Below, piece after piece: positions 9,668 through 19,475 of a stretch of 64,000 nucleotides of DNA. Every line of letters begins with the position of its first letter. Positions within the stretch are counted from its first letter, which is position 1. The stretch is taken from assembly GCA_963677435.1 (NCBI GenBank), contig OY781945.1, positions 2,784,001 to 2,848,000 of the forward strand. Direction: 5' to 3'. Both the position numbers and the translations under genes were made by a program. The stretch comes from an uncultured Aliarcobacter sp. Its GTDB lineage: Bacteria > Campylobacterota > Campylobacteria > Campylobacterales > Arcobacteraceae. Under the pieces are notes generated by a model. It was not told the DNA's origin and ran no database searches. It saw nothing but the letters and a program-made list of their open reading frames with translations.

Positions 9668-9768
9668 TTTAATACCTATTTTCATTTATCCCATTAATAA
9701 AATTGAATTTTTATTAATGAAAGATTAATGGGATATTAACGCAAGAAATCTTAAATATAAATTAAAAT

Positions 9769-9783
9769 TGATAATCGTTATTA
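9769..9783. promoter_or_regulatory. Fur-box-like site upstream of hemP
   Basis: TGATAAT-C-GTTATTA. Confidence 0.65.
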
Positions 9784-9846
9784 AAATAATCTAAGTATAA
9801 AGTTCTATAATACATATAAAACCAATACTTAAATCATAAAAGAATT

Positions 9847-10338
9847 TTACGTATGTAGGTGAGAATCTTTTAATTGCAGTAAAATTTTATTACTATTTTT
9901 AGCACTAAAATAAATAGTTAATAGAAGTAAGATGAAGCCAATTATAAATAATGACAAAGTAAGAGAGTCAAACTCCTCTTCTTCATGTTCAGCTTTTGTT
10001 AACTTTTCTATCACTTGTGGTTTTATTGTTGATTTATCAAAAATTGCACTATTTAATGAAATTCCCTCTTTTACCACTTTTTCTCCAGGACCTGCATCTA
10101 AAACTATTTGATAAGGTTCATTTGGAATTGAAATTGTTAATTGACTCTTTTGGGGCAATCTTTGTTTAAATAAAACTTCGCCTGTTTTTAATGATTCAAA
10201 TTTTATCATTGCTCCAGGAATTGTCTCTCCACCTATTACAGTTACTGTATTATCTTTATTATCAACAACATTCATCATAATTTCATGGGCATAAATATAT
10301 GAACTAATTAAAAGAAATATATATATAATTTTTTTCAT
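9847..10338 (-). CDS. Exported hypothetical protein with C-terminal TM anchor (TBDR/PepSY operon)
   Basis: Signal peptide ending YA-H, LDAGPG motif, C-terminal hydrophobic helix. Confidence 0.75.
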   Translation of the reverse strand: MKKIIYIFLLISSYIYAHEIMMNVVDNKDNTVTVIGGETIPGAMIKFESLKTGEVLFKQRLPQKSQLTISIPNEPYQIVLDAGPGEKVVKEGISLNSAIFDKSTIKPQVIEKLTKAEHEEEEFDSLTLSLFIIGFILLLLTIYFSAKNSNKILLQLKDSHLHT

Positions 10339-10350
10339 AAGAATCCTTTT

Positions 10351-11928
10351 TTATAAATTTTTTGTCCAAAATTTTTGAACATCAACTCTTTTTTGTGGTA
10401 ATTTAATAGCCGCCAAAATAAGTAAACTTCCAAAAATAAACAGACCAATATCAACACTTAAAATACTTGTCATATCATTTGTATATAACTTTATAGGTGA
10501 AAATCCACTATTGTAAAAGTGAATTAGGGGACTTAAAATAAATAAAATCCCACCTAAGATTAAAAACTCTTTTGCAGCTTGATAAGAGTTTAATCTATAA
10601 AATGACCAAGTTAAAGTGGATAACCATAAAAGAGCAAAAAGTCCTTTTTGTAATACAACTCTATTTTCCATATCAAAAGGCAAAAGCCATTGAAGAAAAA
10701 ACAATAATCCAGTTGCAGGAATAACTCCTATCATTACACTTAATGATAATTTACCCATCCATTGATAAACAGGTACTCCCTCAGGTATTTTTCTGGCTTT
10801 TTTTTCTAGCCATAATAAAACACCAAAACCTAAAGCAAAAGTTGAGATACTCATAATTGTTGCTATTAAAAGTCGAGTAAAAGTATCAACTCCAAATAAA
10901 AAGTGTAAGAAAAATACACTATCATAAAATAATCCACTCCAATGTTTGTCCATTACTTTTTGTTGAGATATTAATCTTCCATCAACTCCACTTAAAGTTA
11001 CACTTGGTTTATTTGAAATACCATTTAAAAATGGCATATAAGGATTATATCCCTCAAATTTTGCAATGGCACTTGTATCTTGCCAGTTAATAATTTTCAC
11101 CCTTTGAAAATCAATATTAGGATTTATATCTTTTGCTTTTTTTAATAATTCATTTATTGCAAGCATCGGGACATTATCATTTTTCTTTTCAAGTCTAGGC
11201 TCACTTGGAAATAAAATTGGTCCTGACAAAGCAAATACACTAAAGGTTTGCCCCTTTGAAGCTAAATATGCCATGGGAGCTGAACCACTGTATCCAATAT
11301 TCATAAAAGCACCTGTAAGAGTGATAATAATAAAAGGTGGAAAAACCCAAGTAAATATTTTTCTATGCCATTTTGAGAATTTTCCACTTGTTGTTTTAGT
11401 ACTATTTTTATATTTAATTTTTATAATTAAAATTACTCCACCAATAACTAAAAACATTCCTGCAAGTGCTGTAAAACCGAAAAGCATATAACCAAAATTT
11501 TTAAATGGTCTTCCATAATGCATATGATTTAAAAATTTAGCCAATTGAGATAATTCATCTTCATTTTCAACTTCTTGGTTTGTATTTGGATTAAAAACTT
11601 TTGTTTTTACAAAATCTGTTGAGATTTTTAGTGCTGGATCTTCCATATACCCTGGCAAAATAATTTCAATAGGATTAATTTTTGGATAATCTGGATTTGA
11701 TAAAACAGGATCTATCATAGAGCTATAATTTATGCTTGTAATATCTGCTGTTTTAAAGTGACGTGATGGTTTTTCCCATACTTGAATATAAGGAAGTAAA
11801 ATTGCAAATATTCCAAAAAATACAGCCACATACATGAGTAAAGAAAAACTTATACCTATTGATACATGTACTCTTTGCAGTCTTTGAGTTAATAGTTTAT
11901 TTGATTCTTTTTCTAAATTTTCGTTCAT
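10351..11928 (-). CDS. PepSY-associated TM helix domain protein (iron-regulated membrane protein)
   Basis: Conserved His positions (RVHVSIG, HMHYG, KWHRKI, FLHF) and multiple TMs. Confidence 0.88.
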   Translation of the reverse strand: MNENLEKESNKLLTQRLQRVHVSIGISFSLLMYVAVFFGIFAILLPYIQVWEKPSRHFKTADITSINYSSMIDPVLSNPDYPKINPIEIILPGYMEDPALKISTDFVKTKVFNPNTNQEVENEDELSQLAKFLNHMHYGRPFKNFGYMLFGFTALAGMFLVIGGVILIIKIKYKNSTKTTSGKFSKWHRKIFTWVFPPFIIITLTGAFMNIGYSGSAPMAYLASKGQTFSVFALSGPILFPSEPRLEKKNDNVPMLAINELLKKAKDINPNIDFQRVKIINWQDTSAIAKFEGYNPYMPFLNGISNKPSVTLSGVDGRLISQQKVMDKHWSGLFYDSVFFLHFLFGVDTFTRLLIATIMSISTFALGFGVLLWLEKKARKIPEGVPVYQWMGKLSLSVMIGVIPATGLLFFLQWLLPFDMENRVVLQKGLFALLWLSTLTWSFYRLNSYQAAKEFLILGGILFILSPLIHFYNSGFSPIKLYTNDMTSILSVDIGLFIFGSLLILAAIKLPQKRVDVQKFWTKNL

Positions 11929-11936
11929 TTTTTACC

Positions 11937-12242
11937 TTAAATATTATATAAAATAGCTATTAAAATTGTAATTATTAAAGTGGGAATTACAACTCTCAAT
12001 ATTGCACTTAATTTTGTAGGAGAAACACTTATCCACAAAGCTATCATTGCCCAAGCCATGGTATTAAAAAGTAATGGAACAATTATAGATTCACCAGGCT
12101 TCCCAGGAATTATATAAATTAGTAAAGTCATTGCAAGATAAGCTACAAGTAATCCTCCAAAAATAGCACAGAGAACTCTAAGTAATCCTATTTTTTTTCC
12201 AGATTGTTCTGGGGTTGATAAAGTTTTTATTAAATTTTTCAT
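11937..12242 (-). CDS. Small three-TM membrane protein (DUF3649-like, TBDR-associated)
   Basis: RVLCAIFGGLLVAY motif, three TMs, located between TBDR and PepSY gene. Confidence 0.7.
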   Translation of the reverse strand: MKNLIKTLSTPEQSGKKIGLLRVLCAIFGGLLVAYLAMTLLIYIIPGKPGESIIVPLLFNTMAWAMIALWISVSPTKLSAILRVVIPTLIITILIAILYNI

Positions 12243-12349
12243 TTTTTCCTTCTAAAAAAGATTAAGGTGTATTTCTTAATTTACTATAAATATATTGGAT
12301 ATCCTAAAAAATATTTAAAGTATACTTTTATCAATTTTTGTAGAAGAAA

Positions 12350-12366
12350 GAGACTAAAATAGTCTC
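12350..12366. terminator. Stem-loop after TBDR
   Basis: GAGACTA-AAA-TAGTCTC. Confidence 0.45.
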
Positions 12367-12375
12367 TCTCTTTAT

Positions 12376-14499
12376 TTAGAAAGTATATCTCATAGTAAGT
12401 GTTGCATTTCGTGGATCACCATAAACCATTGCATTTGCACCAATTCCAGAATAATATTCTTTGTCAAAAATATTTTTAATATTCAACTGAATATCTGTAT
12501 TTTTTGTTATCTCATATCCAAACATAACATCAGCAGTAATATAAGCATCTTGTGTAATTTCAGAACTATTAGTTCCTGTATAAATTTTACTTTTATAATT
12601 TAACCCTAATCCAGCTCTATAATCATTTATTTTATATTTTGCAAATATATTTGCTGTTGTTCTTGAAGCTTTAGTATTAAATTTCTCACCATCAGCATCT
12701 TTTGCTTCAAAATTTGATAACCCAAAATTTAAACTAAAATTATCTGTTATTTGTCCTGATACATCCACCTCAAAACCTTTACTTGTAACTCCATCAGCAG
12801 CAACACTTGCAACAGTTGTTGTTCCTTTTACAAATGCTCCTGAGGGATCATCTTCTCCAACATTATCTTGTTCAATTCTAAATATTGATAATGAAGTATT
12901 TAATGCTTTATCAAAATATTCACCTTTTACACCTACTTCATAATTATTTCCCTCAATTGGGTCTAGATATTTTCCATCAATAGTTTTTTTATCTTGAGGT
13001 TTAAAAATACTTGTGTAACTTGCATAAAGAGAATGATTTTCATCTAAATCATAAACTAATCCCACATAAGGAGTTAATTCATTATCAAATTTTCTAGTTT
13101 GTTTTGATGAATCATCACTTGTATATTCCCAACTAGAAACTCTAGCTCCCATAATTAATTTTAAATCTTCTGTTAATAAAAATTTATTTGCTAAATAAAT
13201 TGCCTTTTGCTCTATCTGTTCAGGTTGTAAAGAATAAGGTACATCTGAACTTGAAGCACTTGGTAGTGATAAATTATAATTATAGAAATTTGTTAAAGTT
13301 GTGTAATATCCATTTGGATATCGTGCTTCATATTCTGTTGTTTTATCTAAATTATAAGATGCTCCAATAATAAACTCATGTTCTTTTTTATTAAAATCAT
13401 ATGGAATATTTACATATACATCAACATTGTGTTGTTGTTTTTGCTGTGCTCCTTCCCAATCCATATATTGTAAACCACTTCCATCAGCTTTATTAACTTT
13501 TCCTTTAAAATAAAGTAGTGCAGTATCTGTATTTACTTCATCAAAAGAATAACCAAGATTTAAACTAATATCTTTATAAATAAATTGTTTTAAATCTGCA
13601 AAAATAGATTTTACTTCTGTATCCCAATATGTCCAATCTTCGCTAACAGTTTGCGATCTACTAAAATCAGTTCTAGATCCATCACTATAAAAAGCTGGTA
13701 ATCCACCCCATCTAATGCCATCTTTATTCAACTTTTGGTAAGAAATCCCTGTTGATAAATATGTAGTATCACTTAAATCAGCATCAATTACTCCATAAAA
13801 TAGATTATTTTCTTTTTTGTAATTATCCATATAAGAGTTTTCTTGTTCATGTTTTAAGACTATTCTTCCTCTTACACTGCCACTTTCATTTAGTGCAGAA
13901 CTTACATCTGCAACTGTCCCATAAGAATCCCATGAGCCTACATTTGCTGAAATATTTCCATTTAATTCTTTACTATTTGCTCTTTTTCTAACTAAATTAA
14001 TACTCATTGCTGGATTTCCAGAACCTGTTGTTAAACCATTTGCACCTTTTACAATTTCAACCCTATCATAAATAGCTAAATCAAGATCTCTATCACTCAC
14101 AGTAATATAACTTGGCATGCCATCTATTTTATAGTAATCTATTTCAAAACCTCTAGCACTTGGATTTACTCGTTCATCCCATCTAGTAAGAGAAACACCT
14201 GTTACATTTTCTAACATTTCTTGATATGAAGTAGTATTTCTATCTTTTAAGTATTCACTTGTTAATACAGTTATAGATTGAGGGGTTTGCCTAGGTGATA
14301 AATCTAATTTAGTAGAAGTATTCATACTCTTTGTTGTATATGAACCTGTTCCTTCAGTTATATTATCAAGAATATTACTCTCTTCTGCAACTTTTATTTC
14401 TTCAAGAATAGTAGCTTTTTCCTCAGCTAAAAGTTGAGCACTTAAAATCATTGATACACAAATAGATAATGGAATTATCTTTTTTGTTAAATATAGCAT
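12376..14499 (-). CDS. TonB-dependent siderophore receptor, FhuE/FpvA-like
   Basis: TEGTGSYT, LSPRQTPQSITV, YDRVEIVKGANGLTTGSGNP, WGGLP, YGDPRNATLTMRYTF. Confidence 0.92.
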   Translation of the reverse strand: MLYLTKKIIPLSICVSMILSAQLLAEEKATILEEIKVAEESNILDNITEGTGSYTTKSMNTSTKLDLSPRQTPQSITVLTSEYLKDRNTTSYQEMLENVTGVSLTRWDERVNPSARGFEIDYYKIDGMPSYITVSDRDLDLAIYDRVEIVKGANGLTTGSGNPAMSINLVRKRANSKELNGNISANVGSWDSYGTVADVSSALNESGSVRGRIVLKHEQENSYMDNYKKENNLFYGVIDADLSDTTYLSTGISYQKLNKDGIRWGGLPAFYSDGSRTDFSRSQTVSEDWTYWDTEVKSIFADLKQFIYKDISLNLGYSFDEVNTDTALLYFKGKVNKADGSGLQYMDWEGAQQKQQHNVDVYVNIPYDFNKKEHEFIIGASYNLDKTTEYEARYPNGYYTTLTNFYNYNLSLPSASSSDVPYSLQPEQIEQKAIYLANKFLLTEDLKLIMGARVSSWEYTSDDSSKQTRKFDNELTPYVGLVYDLDENHSLYASYTSIFKPQDKKTIDGKYLDPIEGNNYEVGVKGEYFDKALNTSLSIFRIEQDNVGEDDPSGAFVKGTTTVASVAADGVTSKGFEVDVSGQITDNFSLNFGLSNFEAKDADGEKFNTKASRTTANIFAKYKINDYRAGLGLNYKSKIYTGTNSSEITQDAYITADVMFGYEITKNTDIQLNIKNIFDKEYYSGIGANAMVYGDPRNATLTMRYTF

Positions 14500-14524
14500 T
14501 TTTGTTTCCTTGTATTTATAATTT

Positions 14525-14539
14525 TGATAATTGATATCA
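14525..14539. promoter_or_regulatory. Fur-box-like site
   Basis: TGATAAT-T-GATATCA, 26 bp upstream of the TBDR start. Confidence 0.7.
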
Positions 14540-14714
14540 TTAATAAAAATGCTATTCTTTCTTTTTTTTACTTAATACTTTCTAATCAAGATAGCACTCA
14601 TGACAAATAAAAATCTTTTTATTAAACTAAAAAGCCATTTTCTAGCCATTTTTTTTATATAGAATTTCTTAGAAATTTAAAAAATTTCATTCTAAATTAA
14701 GTTGAGATACAAAT

Positions 14715-15251
14715 ATGAAACTAAAAATGAGAGAGATTTGTTACTATTTTTGTAAAGATTTTACCGCAATTCAAACTGCAGATAAACTAAACTTGAGTAG
14801 ACAAACAATAAATTATTATTACAAAATGATTAGAGATTTTATTACTTATGAGTCATATATATTAGATAAGAAAATATTTTGTGTTGAATATATAAAGATT
14901 CAAAATAGATACTTTTTTTATATTAATTCAAACAATACAATACATTTAATAGAGGAAAATTTAAAAGATTTAACAAAACTCAGTCTTTTTATAAAAGAGC
15001 ATGTTGAAAAGAATCTTATAAATAATTCCAAAAAAAATGCTGTTCGTATTGTCTATAATAAAAATACAAAAAATTTTACAATCTTAGGTTATTACACTTC
15101 ACCAAATAATTTACAAGATTTTATCAATCATCGTTTGAAAAAGTTTAGAGGAATAAAAAAAGAGAATTTACAAAGCCATATCAAAGAGTCATTTTTTAGA
15201 TTTAATAACTCTTTTGATGAATTAAATAAAAAAGTATCAGTATATTTTTAG
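14715..15251 (+). CDS. IS1595-family transposase-like protein lacking a recognisable DDE core
   Basis: N-terminus REICYYFCKDFTAIQTA...LSRQTINYYYKMIR and C-terminus RLKKFRGIKKENLQSHIKESFFRFN resemble IS1595/IS1016 transposases; no E.DESY motif; no clear TIRs. Confidence 0.65.
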   Translation: MKLKMREICYYFCKDFTAIQTADKLNLSRQTINYYYKMIRDFITYESYILDKKIFCVEYIKIQNRYFFYINSNNTIHLIEENLKDLTKLSLFIKEHVEKNLINNSKKNAVRIVYNKNTKNFTILGYYTSPNNLQDFINHRLKKFRGIKKENLQSHIKESFFRFNNSFDELNKKVSVYF

Positions 15252-15270
15252 TCTAATAATATATGAAAAA

Positions 15271-15612
15271 TTAGTTTTTATTAACTCTTTTTTTATGGAT
15301 TTCTCCCCAAAGATATAGTTGTTTTATTATAGGTTTTAGAGTTTCTCCATATTTTGTCAAAGAGTATTCTACCTTTGGAGGAACTACTGGATAAACTTCT
15401 CTGTGAATAATTCCATCTTCTTCTAGCTCTCTTAATTTTTGAATTAGCATCTTTTGAGTTGTTCTTGGAAGAAGTTTTTGAAGTTCATTAAATCTTTTTG
15501 TTTCACTTCGCAAGTACCATAAAATAAGTATCTTCCACTTTCCTGCAAGTACATCTAAGGCTGTTTCAACTGGACATTTTTCTACTTTTAAATCTTCATC
15601 ATTTTCACTCAT
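15271..15612 (-). CDS. HxlR-family winged-helix transcriptional regulator
   Basis: [42 protein letters not shown]. Confidence 0.93.
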   Translation of the reverse strand: MSENDEDLKVEKCPVETALDVLAGKWKILILWYLRSETKRFNELQKLLPRTTQKMLIQKLRELEEDGIIHREVYPVVPPKVEYSLTKYGETLKPIIKQLYLWGEIHKKRVNKN

Positions 15613-15718
15613 TTGTTTCCTTTAGTATCTTTTTAGATAGTATATATCTTAAAAGTAAGTTCTTGCTATTAAGTATAATTTTAACTAAAATTATACTATA
15701 AGTAAATAAAGGAATAAT

Positions 15719-16696
15719 ATGAAAGCATTTATAGTAGAAAAAATTGAAGACAAAAAATTTATATCAGGTGTAAAAGAAGTTGAAATCCCAACAATACAAG
15801 AGAATGAAGTTTTAATAAAAACTACTTATTCATCTTTAAATTATAAAGATGCATTAAGTTCAGTTGGAAATCCAGGTGTTACAAAAAACTTTCCACATAT
15901 TACAGGAATTGATGTAGCAGGTGTAATTGAAAAGTCAAATTCTGCTGAGTTTAAAGTAGGAGAAAGAGTTTTAGTAACTGGTTATGATATGGGAATGAAC
16001 ACAAATGGTGGACATTGTGAATATGTGAAAGTTCCAGCTTCTTGGGTAGTTAAAATGCCACAAAATATTAGTGACAAAGAAATCATGACTTATGGAACAG
16101 CTGGATTAACAGCTGCTTTAAGTGTAAATGAACTTTTAAAAAATGATATTACAAGTGGAAATGTTTTAGTTACAGGTGCAACTGGTGGAGTGGGAAGTAT
16201 CGCTGTTTCAATCTTAAGTAAATTAGGTTTTAATGTAACTGCAATTTCAGGAAAAGAAGAAAAAATTGATTTTTTAAAATCTATTGGTGCAAGTGAAGTT
16301 ATTTTAAGAAAAGATTTTGATGTAGAAAATAAAAGACCAATGGGAAGTGAAAAGTATGACGCTGTTATTGATACAGTTGGGGGAAATATTTTGGCAGAAG
16401 CCTTAAAATTAATTAAATATGATGGAGTTGCTACTTGTTGTGGATTAACTTCATCTTTTGAATTAAATACTAATGTTTTCCCATTTATCTTAAGAGGTGT
16501 TAGATTAATAGGTATTGATTCTGTTGAGTGTAAAAAAGAGAAAAAAGCAGCAGCTTGGGAAAAAATATCTAATGAGTTCAAAATTAACACTTTAGAAGAA
16601 TTAACAACACAAATAGATTTTGATGGAATAAAAGAGGCTTTTGATTCTTTATTAGCAGGTAAAGCAGTTGGTAGATATTTAGTGAAAATTTCATAA
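15719..16696 (+). CDS. YhdH/AcuI-family NADPH oxidoreductase (MDR superfamily)
   Basis: YSSLNYKDAL, GTAGLTAAL, VTGATGGVGS, PFILRGVRLIGIDSV. Confidence 0.92.
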   Translation: MKAFIVEKIEDKKFISGVKEVEIPTIQENEVLIKTTYSSLNYKDALSSVGNPGVTKNFPHITGIDVAGVIEKSNSAEFKVGERVLVTGYDMGMNTNGGHCEYVKVPASWVVKMPQNISDKEIMTYGTAGLTAALSVNELLKNDITSGNVLVTGATGGVGSIAVSILSKLGFNVTAISGKEEKIDFLKSIGASEVILRKDFDVENKRPMGSEKYDAVIDTVGGNILAEALKLIKYDGVATCCGLTSSFELNTNVFPFILRGVRLIGIDSVECKKEKKAAAWEKISNEFKINTLEELTTQIDFDGIKEAFDSLLAGKAVGRYLVKIS

Positions 16697-16721
16697 TTAA
16701 TTTACTAAAATAGTTACTATT

Positions 16722-17411
16722 TTAATCTATAGTAACTATTTTATAACCTATTTTAGAAAAATTCTCCAAGCATTTTACTGGGAGTTTTTTTCTTAAATTT
16801 CTAGCGACTGAACGAATCGCATCTTCACTCATAAAAGAGTCATTCCAAACAATTGCTTGCATGGTTTCATATGTAACTATTTGATTATTACATTCGCATA
16901 ATAAGTATAATAAATCTAACTCTTTATTTGTAAGTTTCACTTCTACTTCATCTTTTATAAGCTTTTTATTTAAAAAATCAAAATAACAACTTTTTGAAAA
17001 ATATTTCATGTTAGTTTTATTGTCATTTCTAATTCTTTTCACACATTGACTTAATACAGGATATATAGTTTCATGACGAATTGGTTTTATCAAATATTTC
17101 ACAAGCCCTAACTCAATGGCTTCAAGTAAATAACTTGTTTGAGCATAAGCACTAAGAACAACAATATTTGTATGATTATTCTTTTCTCTAATCTTTTTAA
17201 TCATTTCTAAACCATTTAATTTTGGCATATTTATATCTGTAATAATTATGTGAGGTTTTTGTAACTCAATAATTTCAAAAGCCTCAAAAGCATCTTTTGC
17301 TTCATAAACCTCATCAAACAATCTTTTTAAATAAGATATTGCATTTACTCTTATATTTTCTTCATCTTCAACAAATAAGATTTTTATATTTTTAAATTCA
17401 TTTTTACTCAT
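16722..17411 (-). CDS. Two-component response regulator (OmpR-like)
   Basis: ILFVEDE, TDINMPKLNG, YLIKP, winged helix LRKKL...GYK. Confidence 0.92.
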   Translation of the reverse strand: MSKNEFKNIKILFVEDEENIRVNAISYLKRLFDEVYEAKDAFEAFEIIELQKPHIIITDINMPKLNGLEMIKKIREKNNHTNIVVLSAYAQTSYLLEAIELGLVKYLIKPIRHETIYPVLSQCVKRIRNDNKTNMKYFSKSCYFDFLNKKLIKDEVEVKLTNKELDLLYLLCECNNQIVTYETMQAIVWNDSFMSEDAIRSVARNLRKKLPVKCLENFSKIGYKIVTID

Positions 17412-17442
17412 CTTGGAATTATACTAGAAAATATATAAATTA

Positions 17443-17457
17443 TGATAATTACTATTA
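17443..17457. promoter_or_regulatory. Fur-box-like site between divergent RR and HK
   Basis: TGATAAT-T-ACTATTA. Confidence 0.6.
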
Positions 17458-17488
17458 ATATTAATTTAAAACTATGTATAATCACAAA

Positions 17489-19186
17489 ATGAAATACCTA
17501 CTGATTTTAAGCTTATTCCTATGTAACCTATATTGTAATGATTTTATAGAAGATTATATATCTGCTGACAATATAAATTATCAAGAAGCATCATATAAAA
17601 AGTTTAAAACAAAAAAGTTAAAAGAGTTTTTTATTAAATTCAAAATAGATACAGAACAACTAAAAGACAAAACATATTATTTAACTATAGTCTCAGATAA
17701 AAATAGTTTAATTTTTACTAATATAAAATATGAAGTAATTAACAATATAATAGTAGTCAAACTTGATGAATTTCAAAATAAAGAGTTTGTTTTTCAATAC
17801 AAATATGAAACTGAAAAACGACCTGAATTTCGTTGGAATACTATAACAAGTTTTGAATATAACTATTTATTGAAATATGAGGGTATTTTATATGGAGTAT
17901 CTTATGGAATAATATTCTGTGCTTTTTTATATTATCTAATAATTTATTTTTCAACAAAAATGAGATATTTTTTATATTACTCTTTAATGCAATTTTTTGT
18001 TCTTTTATCTTTAATTGGATTTGTCTATTTTAGTTATCAACCATATCCTAGATCAACTCCTCAAGCAATCGTTGATATTTGTGAAACTATTAGTTTTTTA
18101 TTTACTCTTTTATTTGCACAAAGTATTTTAAATACAAAAGAGCAAATGCCTTTTTTTCATAAATTTATAGATTTCTTTATATTATTAAATATTATAGATA
18201 TTGTTCTTATTTTTATATATAAGTACTCAATTCTTTATGAATATATGCCTTTTTATATAGGATTTATAATTCCTATAGTTGCAGGTTTTATAGCTATAAA
18301 AAAAGGAGATAAAAATGCTATCGTTTATACTATTGGTTGGTTGGTTGTATCTATTTTTATATATGTTGCTGATGATTGGAATATCACACCAATTAGTGGA
18401 ATTTATGTTATTCATATTGGAGCACCTCTTGAATCACTAATTTTTAGTTTTGCATTAGGTTTTATGTTAAGGAATCTTGCCAAAGAAAAAAATGAAAAAG
18501 AAAAACTTTTAATTCATCAAAGTAAATTAGCTTCCATGGGAGAAATGATAAATAATATTGCTCATCAATGGAGACAACCTTTAACTCATTTAGGTTTTAT
18601 AAATATGAATTTGCAATTAGCTTTTGAAGATAATCCTTTAGATAAAAAATATTTAAAAGAAAAAATTCTTGAATCAAATGCTCAATTGGATTTTATGTCA
18701 AAAACTATCGATAATTTTAATGATTTTTATTTACTAAATAAACAAAAAGAACTATTTCTAATAAGTAATGCTGTTAAAAAAGCTCTCGATATTATGGAGC
18801 CAATTTTTGAAAGTAATAAAATAGAGTTTAAATTTAATGTTATAAAAGATAAACAAATTAATGCTTATGAAAATGAATATTCACAAGTAATTCTAAATCT
18901 TCTAACAAATGCAAAAGATGTTTTAATTTCAAGAAATATAGAAAATCCACAAATTACAATAACAATTGATGAAAAAAATGACTTATCAATCACTTCAATT
19001 TTTGATAATGCAGGTGGAATAGAAAATAAATATCAAAATAAAATATTTGAACCATATTTTACAACAAAACAAAAAGGTAGTGGAATTGGTCTTTATATGT
19101 CAAAAATGATAATACAATCTCACTTTAAAGGCAAAATAAAAGTTTTTAATACAAACAAAGGTGCTTGTTTTAGTATTGAAGTATAA
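17489..19186 (+). CDS. 7TM-DISM sensor histidine kinase
   Basis: Seven-TM block followed by QSKLASMGEMINNIAHQWRQPL and DNAGG...FEPYFTTK...GIGLYM. I place the start at 17489 (MKYLL); the track gives 17474. Confidence 0.9.
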   Translation: MKYLLILSLFLCNLYCNDFIEDYISADNINYQEASYKKFKTKKLKEFFIKFKIDTEQLKDKTYYLTIVSDKNSLIFTNIKYEVINNIIVVKLDEFQNKEFVFQYKYETEKRPEFRWNTITSFEYNYLLKYEGILYGVSYGIIFCAFLYYLIIYFSTKMRYFLYYSLMQFFVLLSLIGFVYFSYQPYPRSTPQAIVDICETISFLFTLLFAQSILNTKEQMPFFHKFIDFFILLNIIDIVLIFIYKYSILYEYMPFYIGFIIPIVAGFIAIKKGDKNAIVYTIGWLVVSIFIYVADDWNITPISGIYVIHIGAPLESLIFSFALGFMLRNLAKEKNEKEKLLIHQSKLASMGEMINNIAHQWRQPLTHLGFINMNLQLAFEDNPLDKKYLKEKILESNAQLDFMSKTIDNFNDFYLLNKQKELFLISNAVKKALDIMEPIFESNKIEFKFNVIKDKQINAYENEYSQVILNLLTNAKDVLISRNIENPQITITIDEKNDLSITSIFDNAGGIENKYQNKIFEPYFTTKQKGSGIGLYMSKMIIQSHFKGKIKVFNTNKGACFSIEV

Positions 19187-19211
19187 AACAGCAGAAAGTT
19201 CTGCTGTTTTA
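19184..19211. terminator. Bidirectional intrinsic terminator
   Basis: TAAAACAGCAGAA-AG-TTCTGCTGTTTTA between convergent genes. Confidence 0.8.
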
Positions 19212-19214
19212 TTT

Positions 19215-19457
19215 TTAGTTTTCTTTTGATTCTTTTACAAGATTGACATACCAATCTTCTGTTATATCTTCAAGTTCTAAATCTTTTAAAATAATTTCCA
19301 ATCCATCAGCTCGCATACTTAACTCATCAATTTTTTCCTCAGGGATAAACAAAACTTCAACACAATAATCAAATAATTGTTCTTCACAATCAACATCGTG
19401 CATCCCCCATCCATCTTCAAACTCATCAATTAAAAAGTACTTTTCTAGCTCTTTCAT
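19215..19457 (-). CDS. Small acidic hypothetical protein
   Basis: 80-aa ORF with AAGGA RBS, directly downstream of fumC. Confidence 0.75.
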   Translation of the reverse strand: MKELEKYFLIDEFEDGWGMHDVDCEEQLFDYCVEVLFIPEEKIDELSMRADGLEIILKDLELEDITEDWYVNLVKESKEN

Positions 19458-19475
19458 ATAATCTAAATCCTTGTT

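Noticed and set aside
14715..15251. Active IS1595 element
   Set aside because: Short, no catalytic motifs, and no convincing TIRs or target duplication.
15626..15639. TATCT-TTTT-AGATA palindrome as HxlR operator
   Set aside because: Plausible position but too short and AT-rich to support from sequence alone.
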